Of a stretch of DNA of 64,000 bases, positions 1 to 9,547 are shown one piece after another (position 1 is the stretch's first letter; each line of letters starts with the position of its first letter). A program made the translations under genes and the position numbers. Where the stretch lies: positions 3,748-67,747 of the forward strand of contig JAVBND010000006.1 in NCBI GenBank assembly GCA_031551775.1, in the 5' to 3' direction. The notes beneath the pieces were generated by a model. The model had not been told where the DNA came from. It did not search any database and worked only from the letters and a program-made list of their open reading frames with translations. This stretch comes from Eubacteriales bacterium (GTDB lineage: Bacteria > Bacillota > Clostridia > Christensenellales > Aristaeellaceae).

Positions 1-771
1 AAGCTCGACGGCCAGACGGCAGTAGCAAATGCGGATTCGATGCTTCTGAGAAACATCGACTACTTCATTGAATTCAACGTGGATATTTCTGTTGCCCCGA
101 CCATCATGGAGAAGATGGATGAGGCGGGCGTGCCGGTTATCGCGGTAGATATCGAGCATCCTGGCGCGATCTACTTTGGCGCGAACAACTACGGCGTCGG
201 CCCGATCGTTGGCAAGTACATGGGCGAGTTGGTCAAGGAAAAGTGGGGAGAATCCGATGCGCTCTTGATCATCGAGGACTCCATTTCCGGTGAAACGGTT
301 CTGGCGCGTACAGACAACGTCGTAGACGGCTTCCGTGAAGTATTCCCGGATTATGCCGATGACAAGATTTTCTACATTGACGGTGGTCAGGATCCCACCG
401 AAGCGCAGGAAATGACATCGAACTTCCTTTCCGCGCATCCCGACTTTGAGAAAATTGCCATCGCGCCAGCGCATTCCACCTACCGCATTGGCGCGCAGGC
501 TGCCATTGAGACCGCCAACCGCGAAACCAACTGCTTGATGGTTTCTCAGGGGGAATATGATTACTTTGAGTATCTCGACGCTACTCCCGAAGCGCCCGAG
601 TGGGAGGTTTATGCCGGCACGCTCGTGTACGACTTCAAGAACTACGGCAACTACTGCATGTCCATCATCGACAAGCTGGAGGCGGGCGAAGCGGTGGAGG
701 AGTTCAACTATCCCAACCACTACATGATCGACCGCACCAACGTATACGAATTCTTCCCGGAAGAGAAGTAG
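1..771 (+). CDS. Sugar ABC transporter substrate-binding protein (RbsB/periplasmic binding protein type I), 5' end outside window
   Basis: Frame is open from the window start. AGVPVIAVD...YFGANNYGVG motif of RbsB-like proteins; followed by an ATPase and a permease. Confidence 0.85.
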   Translation, partial: KLDGQTAVANADSMLLRNIDYFIEFNVDISVAPTIMEKMDEAGVPVIAVDIEHPGAIYFGANNYGVGPIVGKYMGELVKEKWGESDALLIIEDSISGETVLARTDNVVDGFREVFPDYADDKIFYIDGGQDPTEAQEMTSNFLSAHPDFEKIAIAPAHSTYRIGAQAAIETANRETNCLMVSQGEYDYFEYLDATPEAPEWEVYAGTLVYDFKNYGNYCMSIIDKLEAGEAVEEFNYPNHYMIDRTNVYEFFPEEK

Positions 772-784
772 TTTGGCAATCCGT

Positions 785-810
785 CGGCGGACGCTTTCGG
801 GCGTCCGCCG
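785..810 (+). promoter_or_regulatory. GC-rich intergenic stem-loop after the binding-protein gene (likely mRNA stabiliser or attenuator)
   Basis: CGGCGGACGC-tttcgg-GCGTCCGCCG, a perfect 10-bp stem with no U tract. Confidence 0.6.
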
Positions 811-847
811 CCCCCTGAAAAAATTAGACGGAAATGGGGCGAAACAC

Positions 848-2347
848 TTGGAGGAAAAGAAGACAATCTTGCAGGTGGAGCATATCACCAAGCGCTTCCC
901 CGGGGTTGTTGCATTGGACGATGTGTCCCTGACGGTCCGGGAAGGCGAGGTGCTGGCGCTCTTGGGCGAGAACGGAGCGGGCAAATCCACGCTGATTAAG
1001 CTGCTGTCGGGCATCTACACGCCAGAGGAAGGAACCATCCGTTTTGACGGGCGCGAACTGCGCTTTGATGACCCTGCACAAGCCAAGGCATTGGGCATCA
1101 GCGTTGTTCATCAGGAACTGACGTTTTTACCGTTGCTCTCCGTTGCGGAGAATCTCTACGTCAATCGCTACAGCGACAAAAAACTCAAAACCATCCGATG
1201 GAAGGATGTATACCACCACGCACAGGAAGCGCTGGATACCATCGGCCTGAAGCTGGATGCACGTAAGCCCATCGGGATGTTCTCTATGGCGGAGCGCCAG
1301 CAGATCGAAATTGCCCGGGCGGTGCATGAGGACGCGCGCATCCTGATTCTGGATGAGCCGACTTCTGCCCTGAATGACAAAGAAATCGATGTGCTCATGG
1401 ATTTGATTTGCGAGTTGAAGTCCAGGGGCGTTAGTGTGGTCATCATCACGCATAAAATTGAGGAAATCATCCGCGTTGCCGACCGTGTCGTGGTTTTGCG
1501 GGACGGACACACTGTAGCCGAGCGTGCCGTCGAAGACGTGAACAAAGACATACTGGTTTCACTGATGGTGGGCCGTGAAATCACAGACATGTACCCCAAA
1601 AAGACCAACAATCCGGGTGAAGTGCTCCTGGAGGTGGAGTCGCTTGAGACGTGGTTTTTAAAAGATGTGCGCTTTGCCTTGCGCAAGGGCGAGGTGCTGG
1701 GCGTTTATGGTCTGATGGGCTCGGGGCATTTGGAACTGGGCGAGGCGTTGTTTGGCTGTAGCCCGGACATGCAGGCTGTAATCCGCCTGAATGGAAAGCC
1801 GGTCAACCTTTCCGGTCCTTCCGCCTGCATGGATTGCGGCATTGCGTTCTTGCCCAGCGACCGCAAACAGGAAGGTTTGGTGCTCATCCACAGCGTGAAG
1901 CACAACATTATGACGCCGACCTACCAGACGGCACACGCCAACGGCCTGATACGGCCCAAGGAAGAATCGTCCATCGCACACAAGTGGATTGAAAGCCTTT
2001 CGATCAAAACGCCCGACATGGATACCAGAGCGGAGACCCTGTCGGGGGGCAACCAGCAAAAGGTGGTTCTGGCCAAATGGCTGGAGGTAGATCCCGAGAT
2101 TATTATCCTCAACGACCCGACGCGCGGCATTGACGTCGGGGCAAAGGCCGAGATATACCGACTGCTGAACTTGCTCACGGAGCAAGGGAAATCCGTCATC
2201 ATGATTACCTCAGAAATGCCGGAGCTGCTGGCGATGTCTGACCGCGTGCTGGTGATGCACGAGGGACGGCAGGAAAGCGTGCTCACGGGGAACCAATGTA
2301 CACAGATCAATATTGTTACCGCAGCGATTGGAGGCATGAATGCATGA
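848..2347 (+). CDS. Sugar ABC transporter ATP-binding protein (RbsA/MglA type, two ABC domains)
   Basis: GENGAGKST Walker A, LILDEPT, LSGGNQQKVVLAKW, DPTRGIDVGAK. Probable TTG start at 848. Confidence 0.93.
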   Translation: MEEKKTILQVEHITKRFPGVVALDDVSLTVREGEVLALLGENGAGKSTLIKLLSGIYTPEEGTIRFDGRELRFDDPAQAKALGISVVHQELTFLPLLSVAENLYVNRYSDKKLKTIRWKDVYHHAQEALDTIGLKLDARKPIGMFSMAERQQIEIARAVHEDARILILDEPTSALNDKEIDVLMDLICELKSRGVSVVIITHKIEEIIRVADRVVVLRDGHTVAERAVEDVNKDILVSLMVGREITDMYPKKTNNPGEVLLEVESLETWFLKDVRFALRKGEVLGVYGLMGSGHLELGEALFGCSPDMQAVIRLNGKPVNLSGPSACMDCGIAFLPSDRKQEGLVLIHSVKHNIMTPTYQTAHANGLIRPKEESSIAHKWIESLSIKTPDMDTRAETLSGGNQQKVVLAKWLEVDPEIIILNDPTRGIDVGAKAEIYRLLNLLTEQGKSVIMITSEMPELLAMSDRVLVMHEGRQESVLTGNQCTQINIVTAAIGGMNA

Positions 2348-3327
2348 ATGAGAAAAAGCGTGGCATTGCCGGAGTCTGGACGACGATCAAGGGAGTGGAC
2401 TTTTTGCCGCTGATCGCCGCATACGTGATCTTGTGTGTGTTCTTTGCGCTGACCTCTGAGTTCTTTTTCAACTTTAAGAACTTCATGAACATATTCCTCA
2501 ATGCGGCCATCATGGGCATTTTGACCCTTTCGACGACGTTGGTGCTCTCGGCGGGCAAGATTGACTTTTCCGCGGGCGCGGTGATCGCATTTGGTTCCTG
2601 CCTGATGGGGGTTATGCTGCGTGCGGGGATCAATATTTGGGTGTGTATTCTGGCCTGTCTGGTTGCCTGTGTATTGACGGGCGTCTACAACGGTGTCATG
2701 ATCGCCTATGTCGGACTCAGCCCATTCATCGCAACGCTTGCGGGGATGCAGATATTCCGCGGCATTGCCTATCTGATGACCAATGCACGCTCCATCACCG
2801 TCTCGGAAGAAGTACTGAAGTTCGTCGGTCGGCGCTATACGGCAGGCGTACCCAATGCGGTATGGGTATTGCTGCTGCTGGTGGGGCTGTTCGTATGGAT
2901 TGCCAACCGCACTGCCTTCGGCCGGCGCACAATGGTGGTCGGCGGCAACGAAAAGGTGGCGTTTTTGTGCGGCATCAACGTAAAACGGCACATTGTCAAA
3001 CTGTTTATGCTGCATGGGTTTATGGTGGGCATTGCGACAATCATCTACACTGGGCAACTGGGCGCGGCGCTTCCGTCTGCTGCGCAAAACCTGAATTTTC
3101 AGTCCATTTCCGCCTGCGTGTTGGGTGGCATATCGCTTTCCGGCGGTAAAGGCTCCATTGTCGGCGGCGTGATCGGCGCGATTATGATCGCAACGCTCAA
3201 CAATGGCATGACCATGCTGGAACTCAACGCCTATTGGCAGGACGTAGTCTATGGCTTGGTGCTCATCTTTGCCGTCACAATCGACATCGTCAAAAACCGC
3301 CGGGTGGCACGGCGTGCCGTGAAATAG
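2344..3327 (+). CDS. Sugar ABC transporter permease (RbsC family)
   Basis: Multiple TM helices, GKIDFSAG, PFIATL, ISACVLGGISLSGGKG. ATGA overlap with the ATPase stop. Confidence 0.92.
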   Translation: MNEKKRGIAGVWTTIKGVDFLPLIAAYVILCVFFALTSEFFFNFKNFMNIFLNAAIMGILTLSTTLVLSAGKIDFSAGAVIAFGSCLMGVMLRAGINIWVCILACLVACVLTGVYNGVMIAYVGLSPFIATLAGMQIFRGIAYLMTNARSITVSEEVLKFVGRRYTAGVPNAVWVLLLLVGLFVWIANRTAFGRRTMVVGGNEKVAFLCGINVKRHIVKLFMLHGFMVGIATIIYTGQLGAALPSAAQNLNFQSISACVLGGISLSGGKGSIVGGVIGAIMIATLNNGMTMLELNAYWQDVVYGLVLIFAVTIDIVKNRRVARRAVK

Positions 3328-3347
3328 TAACGCCGGGGAAAGGGGAG

Positions 3348-4139
3348 ATGCCGTTGAAACTGTTTGATGCAAATGCCAGTTTCGGGGTGGACATGGTCAA
3401 TCACGAGTGCGTGAACCATGAAAACTTCGTGGTACTGGAAAAGGTAGATATCGCACCGGACGCCCAAACGCTGATAGCGTACATGGATCGGATGGGCATT
3501 GCGCGTGCAAACGTCTGGCATCGTGCGATGTATGAACTCGATCCGAGCGCAGGCAACGATAAGATCGTGGAAGCGATACGAGGATATGAAGACCGTCTCT
3601 CGCCCTCGTTTGCCATTCTTCCGGACATCACCGACCGCGCGTATGCGCCCAATCGCTTCTTTGATCGGATGAAATCCCACAATGCGCGCACGGTGCACGC
3701 CTTTCCCTTGATGAACCGCTACATCCTGTGCGATGTTACCATGGGCGAGCAGCTTGGTCAATTGTGCGCATTGAAAATTCCGGTCTATTTGACACCCAAG
3801 GATGGCTATGAGCCGATCTACAATGTGCTCAAGGAGTTTCCGGATTTGACGGTGATTCTCTACAACATCGGCTGGTGGCCCAGCGCGCGGTATGTTTATC
3901 CGCTGATCCGCCGTTATAAAAACGTCTACTTTGAGACCGGGGATTTCAGCATGCTGCATGGCTATGAGGACGTTTGTGCACGCTTTGGCAGCGAAAGGAT
4001 GCTAATGGGCACAAACTTTCCCACCAACAGCATGGCGGGCAGCCTTTGTGCGCTGGAAATGGCGCGTATCTCTGCCAATGACAAGGAGAACATTGGCCAC
4101 CTGAACCTGGAGCGTCTGCTGTCGGAGGTGAAGCTATGA
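3348..4139 (+). CDS. Amidohydrolase-2 family protein with a degenerate N-terminal metal motif
   Basis: TIM-barrel amidohydrolase C-terminal signature FGSERMLMGTNFP...ENIGHLNLERLL. DANASFG replaces the usual DxHxH. RBS GGGGAG. Confidence 0.75.
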   Translation: MPLKLFDANASFGVDMVNHECVNHENFVVLEKVDIAPDAQTLIAYMDRMGIARANVWHRAMYELDPSAGNDKIVEAIRGYEDRLSPSFAILPDITDRAYAPNRFFDRMKSHNARTVHAFPLMNRYILCDVTMGEQLGQLCALKIPVYLTPKDGYEPIYNVLKEFPDLTVILYNIGWWPSARYVYPLIRRYKNVYFETGDFSMLHGYEDVCARFGSERMLMGTNFPTNSMAGSLCALEMARISANDKENIGHLNLERLLSEVKL

Positions 4140-4945
4140 TGCGCTTTCATCCGGACTATAAAATCATAGATATGCATACGCACATGGGGCTGGAGTACTG
4201 CCTCTATTATGAAGACCACGATGCGGATGGCATGGTGCGTTACATGGATGAGGTGGGGGTGGAATTTGTCGTCTGCGCGCCTGTGGAAGACCTGATGGAT
4301 GGCGCAAGCAGCCGCGAACAGATTCGCGACGCCATGCAAAGATATCCTGATCGCATCAAGGGCTACTACAGCGTCAATCCGTTGCTTGGCGTTACGCCGA
4401 CGGAAATTCAAAAGGCGTTTGCGACATATCCCGGCTATGTCGGCCTGAAATTCCTGCCGGATTATCACCGCACGAGCCTGATGGATGCTGCCTATCGTCC
4501 GGCGCTTGAATATGCAAACGCGCATGGGATGCTGGTGTTGTCACACACCTGGGGCGTCTCAATGAATGGGGAAAGCTGCAATTCGGCGGACAAGGTCGTC
4601 CGGGTGCTTGACCGCTATCCCAACCTGGTGTTTCTGATGGGGCATTCCTGTCAGGGGCAGGTTGACTTGGCGATTGATATCGCCAAGAGCTACCCCAACG
4701 CCTATCTGGATTTGTGCGACACCGGGCGCTTAAACGGAGTGATCGAAAAAATGGTGGGTGCGGTGGGCGCGCAAAAGGTCGTATTTGGAACCGATGTTCC
4801 GATGCAGGGTTTCTGCTTCCAGTTGGGGTGTGTGCTGGGTGCGCGCATTTCGCAGGCGGAAAAAAAGCTCATTTTGCGCGACAATGCGCTGCGGATTCTG
4901 AAGGAAACCGGCAGCGAAACGGTTAAGGCAACACCGCACAGGTAG
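4136..4945 (+). CDS. Amidohydrolase-2 family metal-dependent hydrolase
   Basis: IIDMHTH, GLKFLP, VLSHT, LMGH, KVVFGTDVP, ILRDNALRIL motifs; ATGA-coupled to the previous gene. Confidence 0.85.
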   Translation: MMRFHPDYKIIDMHTHMGLEYCLYYEDHDADGMVRYMDEVGVEFVVCAPVEDLMDGASSREQIRDAMQRYPDRIKGYYSVNPLLGVTPTEIQKAFATYPGYVGLKFLPDYHRTSLMDAAYRPALEYANAHGMLVLSHTWGVSMNGESCNSADKVVRVLDRYPNLVFLMGHSCQGQVDLAIDIAKSYPNAYLDLCDTGRLNGVIEKMVGAVGAQKVVFGTDVPMQGFCFQLGCVLGARISQAEKKLILRDNALRILKETGSETVKATPHR

Positions 4946-5114
4946 CGGATGTGATGATGGGATGATTTTTCGTCCAGGCGGTCCTGCAAAAACCGCAGGA
5001 CTAGCGGCGCTAATTCAAGTGTTTTTTCAGGACTGCCTGGGTGGAAAAGCAGCCCGTCAGCGCGTTCGCTACCTGTGCGGTGTTGCCTTAAATAATGGAG
5101 GAGGAATTTGAACC

Positions 5115-6518
5115 ATGCTCAAGGCAAAAGTGCGGCCGAGAATCGGCCTGCTTCCCACCGGTCATAAAATTTATTGGGGGCAGTTTCCCAACCTGAAAAA
5201 AATGGGAACGGCCATGTATGAAAAGCTGTTGGAACGGCTGAACGAATTCGGCGACGTAATCAGTCCGGGTCTTGTAGACACCTATGAATCCGCCGTAGAA
5301 GCGGCACACATGCTTTCTACAAGCGATGTGGACATTTTGCTGATTTTCCCCTTCGGCTACACAACCGGCACCATGATCGTGCCCGCAGTACGCGCGCTGA
5401 ACGTGCCGATCCGCATCCTCAACGCCCACGAGGATTCCTCCTATGATTATAAGCACGCCGATACAGAGCTGTACCTGCACCACGAGGGCGCTTGCTGTGT
5501 GCCGGAATATTCTGGGACATTGGTTTCCCTGGGCAGGAAGTTTGAAGTCATCACCGGTCACTTCGGTGAGGAGCGTTTCTGGGCGCAGATTCGCCGCGAC
5601 TGCATGGGCATGGCGGCGGCGACCAAGTATTCCCGCTGCCGTTTCGGCGTGATCGGAAACACCTACACCAACATGACGGACATGCCCACCGATGAGCACC
5701 GCGTTCTACGCGCCACCGGACAATTGTTGTGCCGTCCGGAGGTGGAGGAGATTGAAGAGGCGTGGAAGCGCGTCACACAGAAGCAGGTCGAAGATATGTA
5801 CCGTCAGTTCCGCGAGTATTACGATGTGGACGAGACGGTGACCGATGCACACATGTACGAATCGGCCAAGATTGCCGTAGCCTTTGACGAAATTATCCGA
5901 AAATATGACATTGACGCCTTTGGGTTCTATTGGTGGGGCGAAAAGTCGTATATGACCGAGCTGCGCGCACAGTCGGCGCTGGCAGTTTCCCGCCTTGCCG
6001 CGCTGGGCATTCCGGGCGTCACCGAGGGCGACATCAAGACCGCGATGGCGATGAAGATTCTGGACCTGCTCGGCGGCGGAGGAATGTTCCTGGAGTTCTT
6101 CTCGTCCGACTTTGATGAGAACTTCATCATGGTCGGCCACGACGGCCCCAGCAATGTCAATGTCGCCAAGGATAAGCCGGTTCTGCAAAACCTGACAGTG
6201 CATCACGGCAAGACCGGCGAGGGATTGGGAATCGACTTCAACATGGCGCAAGGACCCTGCACGCTTTTGAACCTTACCCAGTTCGGGACGGACAAGACCT
6301 ACAAGCTGATTTATTCCATTGCGGAGGTTGTCGCTGGCGATATCCTCAACATCGGCAATCCCAACTGCCGGGTGCGCGTGTCCAAGCCGATTCCCCAGTT
6401 CTTCAACGAATGGTGTCAACAAGGGCCGGGGCATCATACGGCGTTGGGTGTGGGCGATTTCTCTGAAGAAATCGAGGCGTTTGCCGAGAAAATGGGCTTT
6501 GACTGCGTGAGGATCTAA
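5115..6518 (+). CDS. L-arabinose/L-fucose isomerase family sugar isomerase
   Basis: GVTEGD, MVGHDG, VHHGKTG and GPGHHTALGVG metal-binding motifs of the AraA/FucI fold. RBS GGAGGAGG. Confidence 0.85.
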   Translation: MLKAKVRPRIGLLPTGHKIYWGQFPNLKKMGTAMYEKLLERLNEFGDVISPGLVDTYESAVEAAHMLSTSDVDILLIFPFGYTTGTMIVPAVRALNVPIRILNAHEDSSYDYKHADTELYLHHEGACCVPEYSGTLVSLGRKFEVITGHFGEERFWAQIRRDCMGMAAATKYSRCRFGVIGNTYTNMTDMPTDEHRVLRATGQLLCRPEVEEIEEAWKRVTQKQVEDMYRQFREYYDVDETVTDAHMYESAKIAVAFDEIIRKYDIDAFGFYWWGEKSYMTELRAQSALAVSRLAALGIPGVTEGDIKTAMAMKILDLLGGGGMFLEFFSSDFDENFIMVGHDGPSNVNVAKDKPVLQNLTVHHGKTGEGLGIDFNMAQGPCTLLNLTQFGTDKTYKLIYSIAEVVAGDILNIGNPNCRVRVSKPIPQFFNEWCQQGPGHHTALGVGDFSEEIEAFAEKMGFDCVRI

Positions 6519-6527
6519 TCGCTTGAT

Positions 6528-6565
6528 GTCCGGGGAAAAGCGTACAGTTTTCCCCGGACTTTCTT
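6528..6565 (+). terminator. Intrinsic terminator after the isomerase
   Basis: GTCCGGGGAAAA / TTTTCCCCGGAC 12-bp stem followed by TTTCTT. Confidence 0.75.
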
Positions 6566-6604
6566 GCGTATGAACAATTTGGGTTAAGGCGTGGATTGTG
6601 CAAG

Positions 6605-6630
6605 AATACGTATTGCAAATATGGTATAAT
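6605..6630 (+). promoter_or_regulatory. Promoter of the LacI gene (extended -10 TGGTATAAT) with a candidate LacI-type operator AATACGTATT just upstream
   Basis: TGnTATAAT at 6622-6630. Perfect 10-bp palindrome with a central CG at 6605-6614. Confidence 0.5.
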
Positions 6631-6716
6631 GTGCAAAGAAATTGCTTGCTGCGTAGATTCAAGCCGGTAAACCGTACCAATCGAACGCAAGCAATCGGAA
6701 TACCGGAGGAAATTAC

Positions 6717-7748
6717 ATGGCCACAATCGACGATGTAGCAAAGCGCGCAGGGGTCTCCAGAATGACGGTTTCGCGGGCAATCAACAACAGCGGATACATC
6801 AAGAAGACAACGAAAGAACGTATCCAGCAAGCGATTGATGAGCTGAAATATCGTCCAAACCTCGTCGCAAAAACGCTTGTTACCCGAAGAAACCGCACCA
6901 TCGCCTATGTCATGGTCAATATTTCCGATCCCTTCCACAATATGGTCAGCCGTGGCTTGGAATCCGTAGCGTTCAAAAGCCAGTATACGACCATGATGTG
7001 TGACACCCATTTGCCCAGTCGTGAACTGGACTACATCAACATGTTTATGGATCATCGTTTGGGCGGCGTGATTTTCCACCACTTGGCAATCAACCAGCAG
7101 CAAGTGGATGAACTGGTTGAGGGCGGCGTTCAATGTGTCATGATGGACAATGAAGAACAATTGGAAGGCATCAGCGCGGTGAATACGGACAACCATCTGG
7201 GCGGCGCAATGGCGGTAGAATACCTTGCTTCCAAGGGACATACGCGCATCGCATGCATACATGGAGCGCTTGAAAGGCCCAAGGGAGAGGACATCCCCTA
7301 CGAGGACACCTTTCAGTTCAATTTTTGGAGGCAGCGGACAGCGGGTTTTACGGACAAGATGAAGGAACTCGGATTGGAGCCCGCGGGCTATTTTGAAAGC
7401 AATGGACGGATAGAATATGCCACGCAGCTGGCGGAACCGATCATGGATGAAATCCTCGGCATGGACAACCGCCCCCAAGCGTTGTATTGCGAGAATGACA
7501 TGATTGCCATAACGGTGCTCAATGCGTTGCAGAGCCGAGGGATTTCCGTACCCGGCGACATGGCTGTGATCGGTCATGACGGGTTGGACATCTGCAGCAT
7601 GCGCCATCCGTATATCACAACCATCGCACAACCTCGCTATGAAATGGGCACAACAGCGGCGCGGCTGCTGATAGACCAAATCGAAAACAAAACGCCGTCG
7701 CGTACCGTCGTGCTTGCGCCGTCGCTATTGATCGGAGAAACGACTTGA
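6717..7748 (+). CDS. LacI-family transcriptional regulator
   Basis: MATIDDVAKRAGVSRMTVSRAIN HTH, YRPNLVA hinge, VPGDMAVIGHD, ITTIAQP. Confidence 0.95.
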   Translation: MATIDDVAKRAGVSRMTVSRAINNSGYIKKTTKERIQQAIDELKYRPNLVAKTLVTRRNRTIAYVMVNISDPFHNMVSRGLESVAFKSQYTTMMCDTHLPSRELDYINMFMDHRLGGVIFHHLAINQQQVDELVEGGVQCVMMDNEEQLEGISAVNTDNHLGGAMAVEYLASKGHTRIACIHGALERPKGEDIPYEDTFQFNFWRQRTAGFTDKMKELGLEPAGYFESNGRIEYATQLAEPIMDEILGMDNRPQALYCENDMIAITVLNALQSRGISVPGDMAVIGHDGLDICSMRHPYITTIAQPRYEMGTTAARLLIDQIENKTPSRTVVLAPSLLIGETT

Positions 7749-7873
7749 ACGCGCCATTCGCTGTATGTTGAAGCGCCCATCTCTTGCGCTTTGTTGCGCT
7801 TGATTTGGACGCTTTGTTGACGGTCTGACGAGGCGGGGGACAGGCCCCGCCTCCTGCCGTTTGTGACTGGGTT

Positions 7874-8335
7874 TTATTCGCTCTGTGACAGCTCAATGAG
7901 CTTCTCGTCGATCAGCCGCGCGGCGCTTGATACGAAGCGGATGCAGGGGCGGGTTTTGTAGTATTCGTCCGTGCGATCCGAGGGAATGGGGCCGGGGCGG
8001 TCCTTGAGCCCTTTGAGCAGGTCCGAGCAGCGAAGCGCGCCTTGCGCCTCCTCAAATTGCGCGGCGAGTCCCTGGAGCATATGGTAGTGCGCTTTCTTGG
8101 CGGCGCTGTCGGTCGGGTCGTCCGGGCCGACCAGCGCGCCCAGGACCAAGAACATGCTCGATACCGCGCCGCACGCTTCGCGCAGGCCACCCATGCCGCC
8201 GCCCATGGAACTGGACATGCGAAGGAGCGCCTTTTCGTCAAGGCCGAGTTCCTCCTGGTATGCCAACAGCACCGCCTGCGCGCAGTTGTAGCCCGACATG
8301 AACAGGTCTTCCGCTTTTCCTACATGGCTCTTGAT
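7874..8335 (-). CDS. C_GCAxxG_C_C family putative redox protein; probable start is ATC at 8335 (first ATG is at 8299)
   Basis: YNCAQAV, MGGGMGG..EACGAVS, LRCSDL, RPC motifs. GAGGTG RBS lies 7 nt before the in-frame ATC. Confidence 0.8.
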   Translation of the reverse strand: MKSHVGKAEDLFMSGYNCAQAVLLAYQEELGLDEKALLRMSSSMGGGMGGLREACGAVSSMFLVLGALVGPDDPTDSAAKKAHYHMLQGLAAQFEEAQGALRCSDLLKGLKDRPGPIPSDRTDEYYKTRPCIRFVSSAARLIDEKLIELSQSE

Positions 8336-8346
8336 TGTGTTTCACC

Positions 8347-9375
8347 TCACCCGATCAGCCTTGTGAATACCTCGATTGCGCGGTCGATGTCGTCCTTTGT
8401 GATGTCGTGATTGGTCACGAAGCGAAACAGCCCCTTGTCGTGGCCGTTTATTTTGATGCCTTCCTTGAGCAAACTCGATTGAAGCGCGTCAAGCGCTGAC
8501 CGGTCGCGGTGGACCCGGAAAAATACCATGTTGATTTGAACCGAATCCATATCAACCGTTACGCCTTCGATGGCCGCAAGTTTTTCGGCCATGTAACGCG
8601 CGTTTTCGTGATCGACGTGAAGCCTTTTGGGCATCTCGGTCAGCGCGATGCCGGCCGCCGCCGCGAGAAAACCCACTTGCCGCATGCCGCCGCCGAGCAT
8701 CTTGCGGTACTTGCGCGCGCGTTCGATTGCGTTTGCGGGACCCGCCAGCACCGCGCCCACCGGCGCGCACAGACCCTTTGACAGGCAGCAGGACACGGTG
8801 TCGCAGTAGCGCGTGATTTCTTTGACGTCAACGCCCAGGTGCGTCGCCGCGTTGAACACGCGCGCACCGTCAAGATGCACGGCCAAGCCGTGTTTTTGCG
8901 CCACGGCATATACGCTCTTCATGACCTCTACCGGCACCACGCGGCCGTTCGCCAGCGCGTTTTCAAGGCAGATCAGCTTGGTCTCCGGCAGGTGAATATC
9001 GCCTTTTTCGCGGATCGCGGCCTCTACCATGGCAGCATCGGGTATGCCGTCTTCAAACGCCAGCTGGCGCTGGTTCGCGCCCGACAGCACCGCCACCGCG
9101 CCCACTTCGTGCTCAAAGATGTGGCACGCTTCGCCCAGGATGATTTCGTCGCCGCGGGAAACTTGGGTCATGACGCCCAATTGGTTGCCCATGGTACCGG
9201 AGGAGACGAAGAGAGCCGCCTCTTTGCCGAGGATTTGCGCGGCTTCCTTTTCAAACGCCTCCATTGTCGGATCGTCGCGGTAGACGTCGTCGCCGACCTG
9301 GGCGTGAAACATCGCTTCGCGCATGGCGGGCGTGGGCTGGGTCACGGTATCGCTTCTTAAATCTATGAAACGCAT
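8347..9375 (-). CDS. ltaE: Low-specificity L-threonine aldolase
   Basis: IDLRSDTVTQPT, GDDVY.DDPT, HLDGARVFNA, CLSKGLCAPVG (PLP lysine). Confidence 0.95.
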   Translation of the reverse strand: MRFIDLRSDTVTQPTPAMREAMFHAQVGDDVYRDDPTMEAFEKEAAQILGKEAALFVSSGTMGNQLGVMTQVSRGDEIILGEACHIFEHEVGAVAVLSGANQRQLAFEDGIPDAAMVEAAIREKGDIHLPETKLICLENALANGRVVPVEVMKSVYAVAQKHGLAVHLDGARVFNAATHLGVDVKEITRYCDTVSCCLSKGLCAPVGAVLAGPANAIERARKYRKMLGGGMRQVGFLAAAAGIALTEMPKRLHVDHENARYMAEKLAAIEGVTVDMDSVQINMVFFRVHRDRSALDALQSSLLKEGIKINGHDKGLFRFVTNHDITKDDIDRAIEVFTRLIG

Positions 9376-9406
9376 GTTGTTCTCCTTCGGGTCGTTCTAC
9401 CTACAG

Positions 9407-9435
9407 ATTATAGGAGGCGCGCGGGCCAATGTCAA
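9407..9435 (-). promoter_or_regulatory. sigmaA promoter of ltaE
   Basis: Perfect TTGACA-17-TATAAT on the minus strand. Confidence 0.85.
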
Positions 9436-9547
9436 CCGCTTCTTTGCGCATATTTAAGGCGGCTTCCCCCCCAGGCAGGTCGACAAACGCGCCGACTTGT
9501 GATACTATACCCTTGACTCAAACTACAAACGGAGGTCAACACGGCCT

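Noticed and set aside
5706-7679. 657-aa minus-strand ORF, and similar long antisense ORFs (1921-3372, 28100-29743, 44634-46046, 53613-54797, 57984-59348)
   Set aside because: They lie antisense to well-supported genes, have no recognisable motifs, and are expected shadow frames in GC-rich DNA
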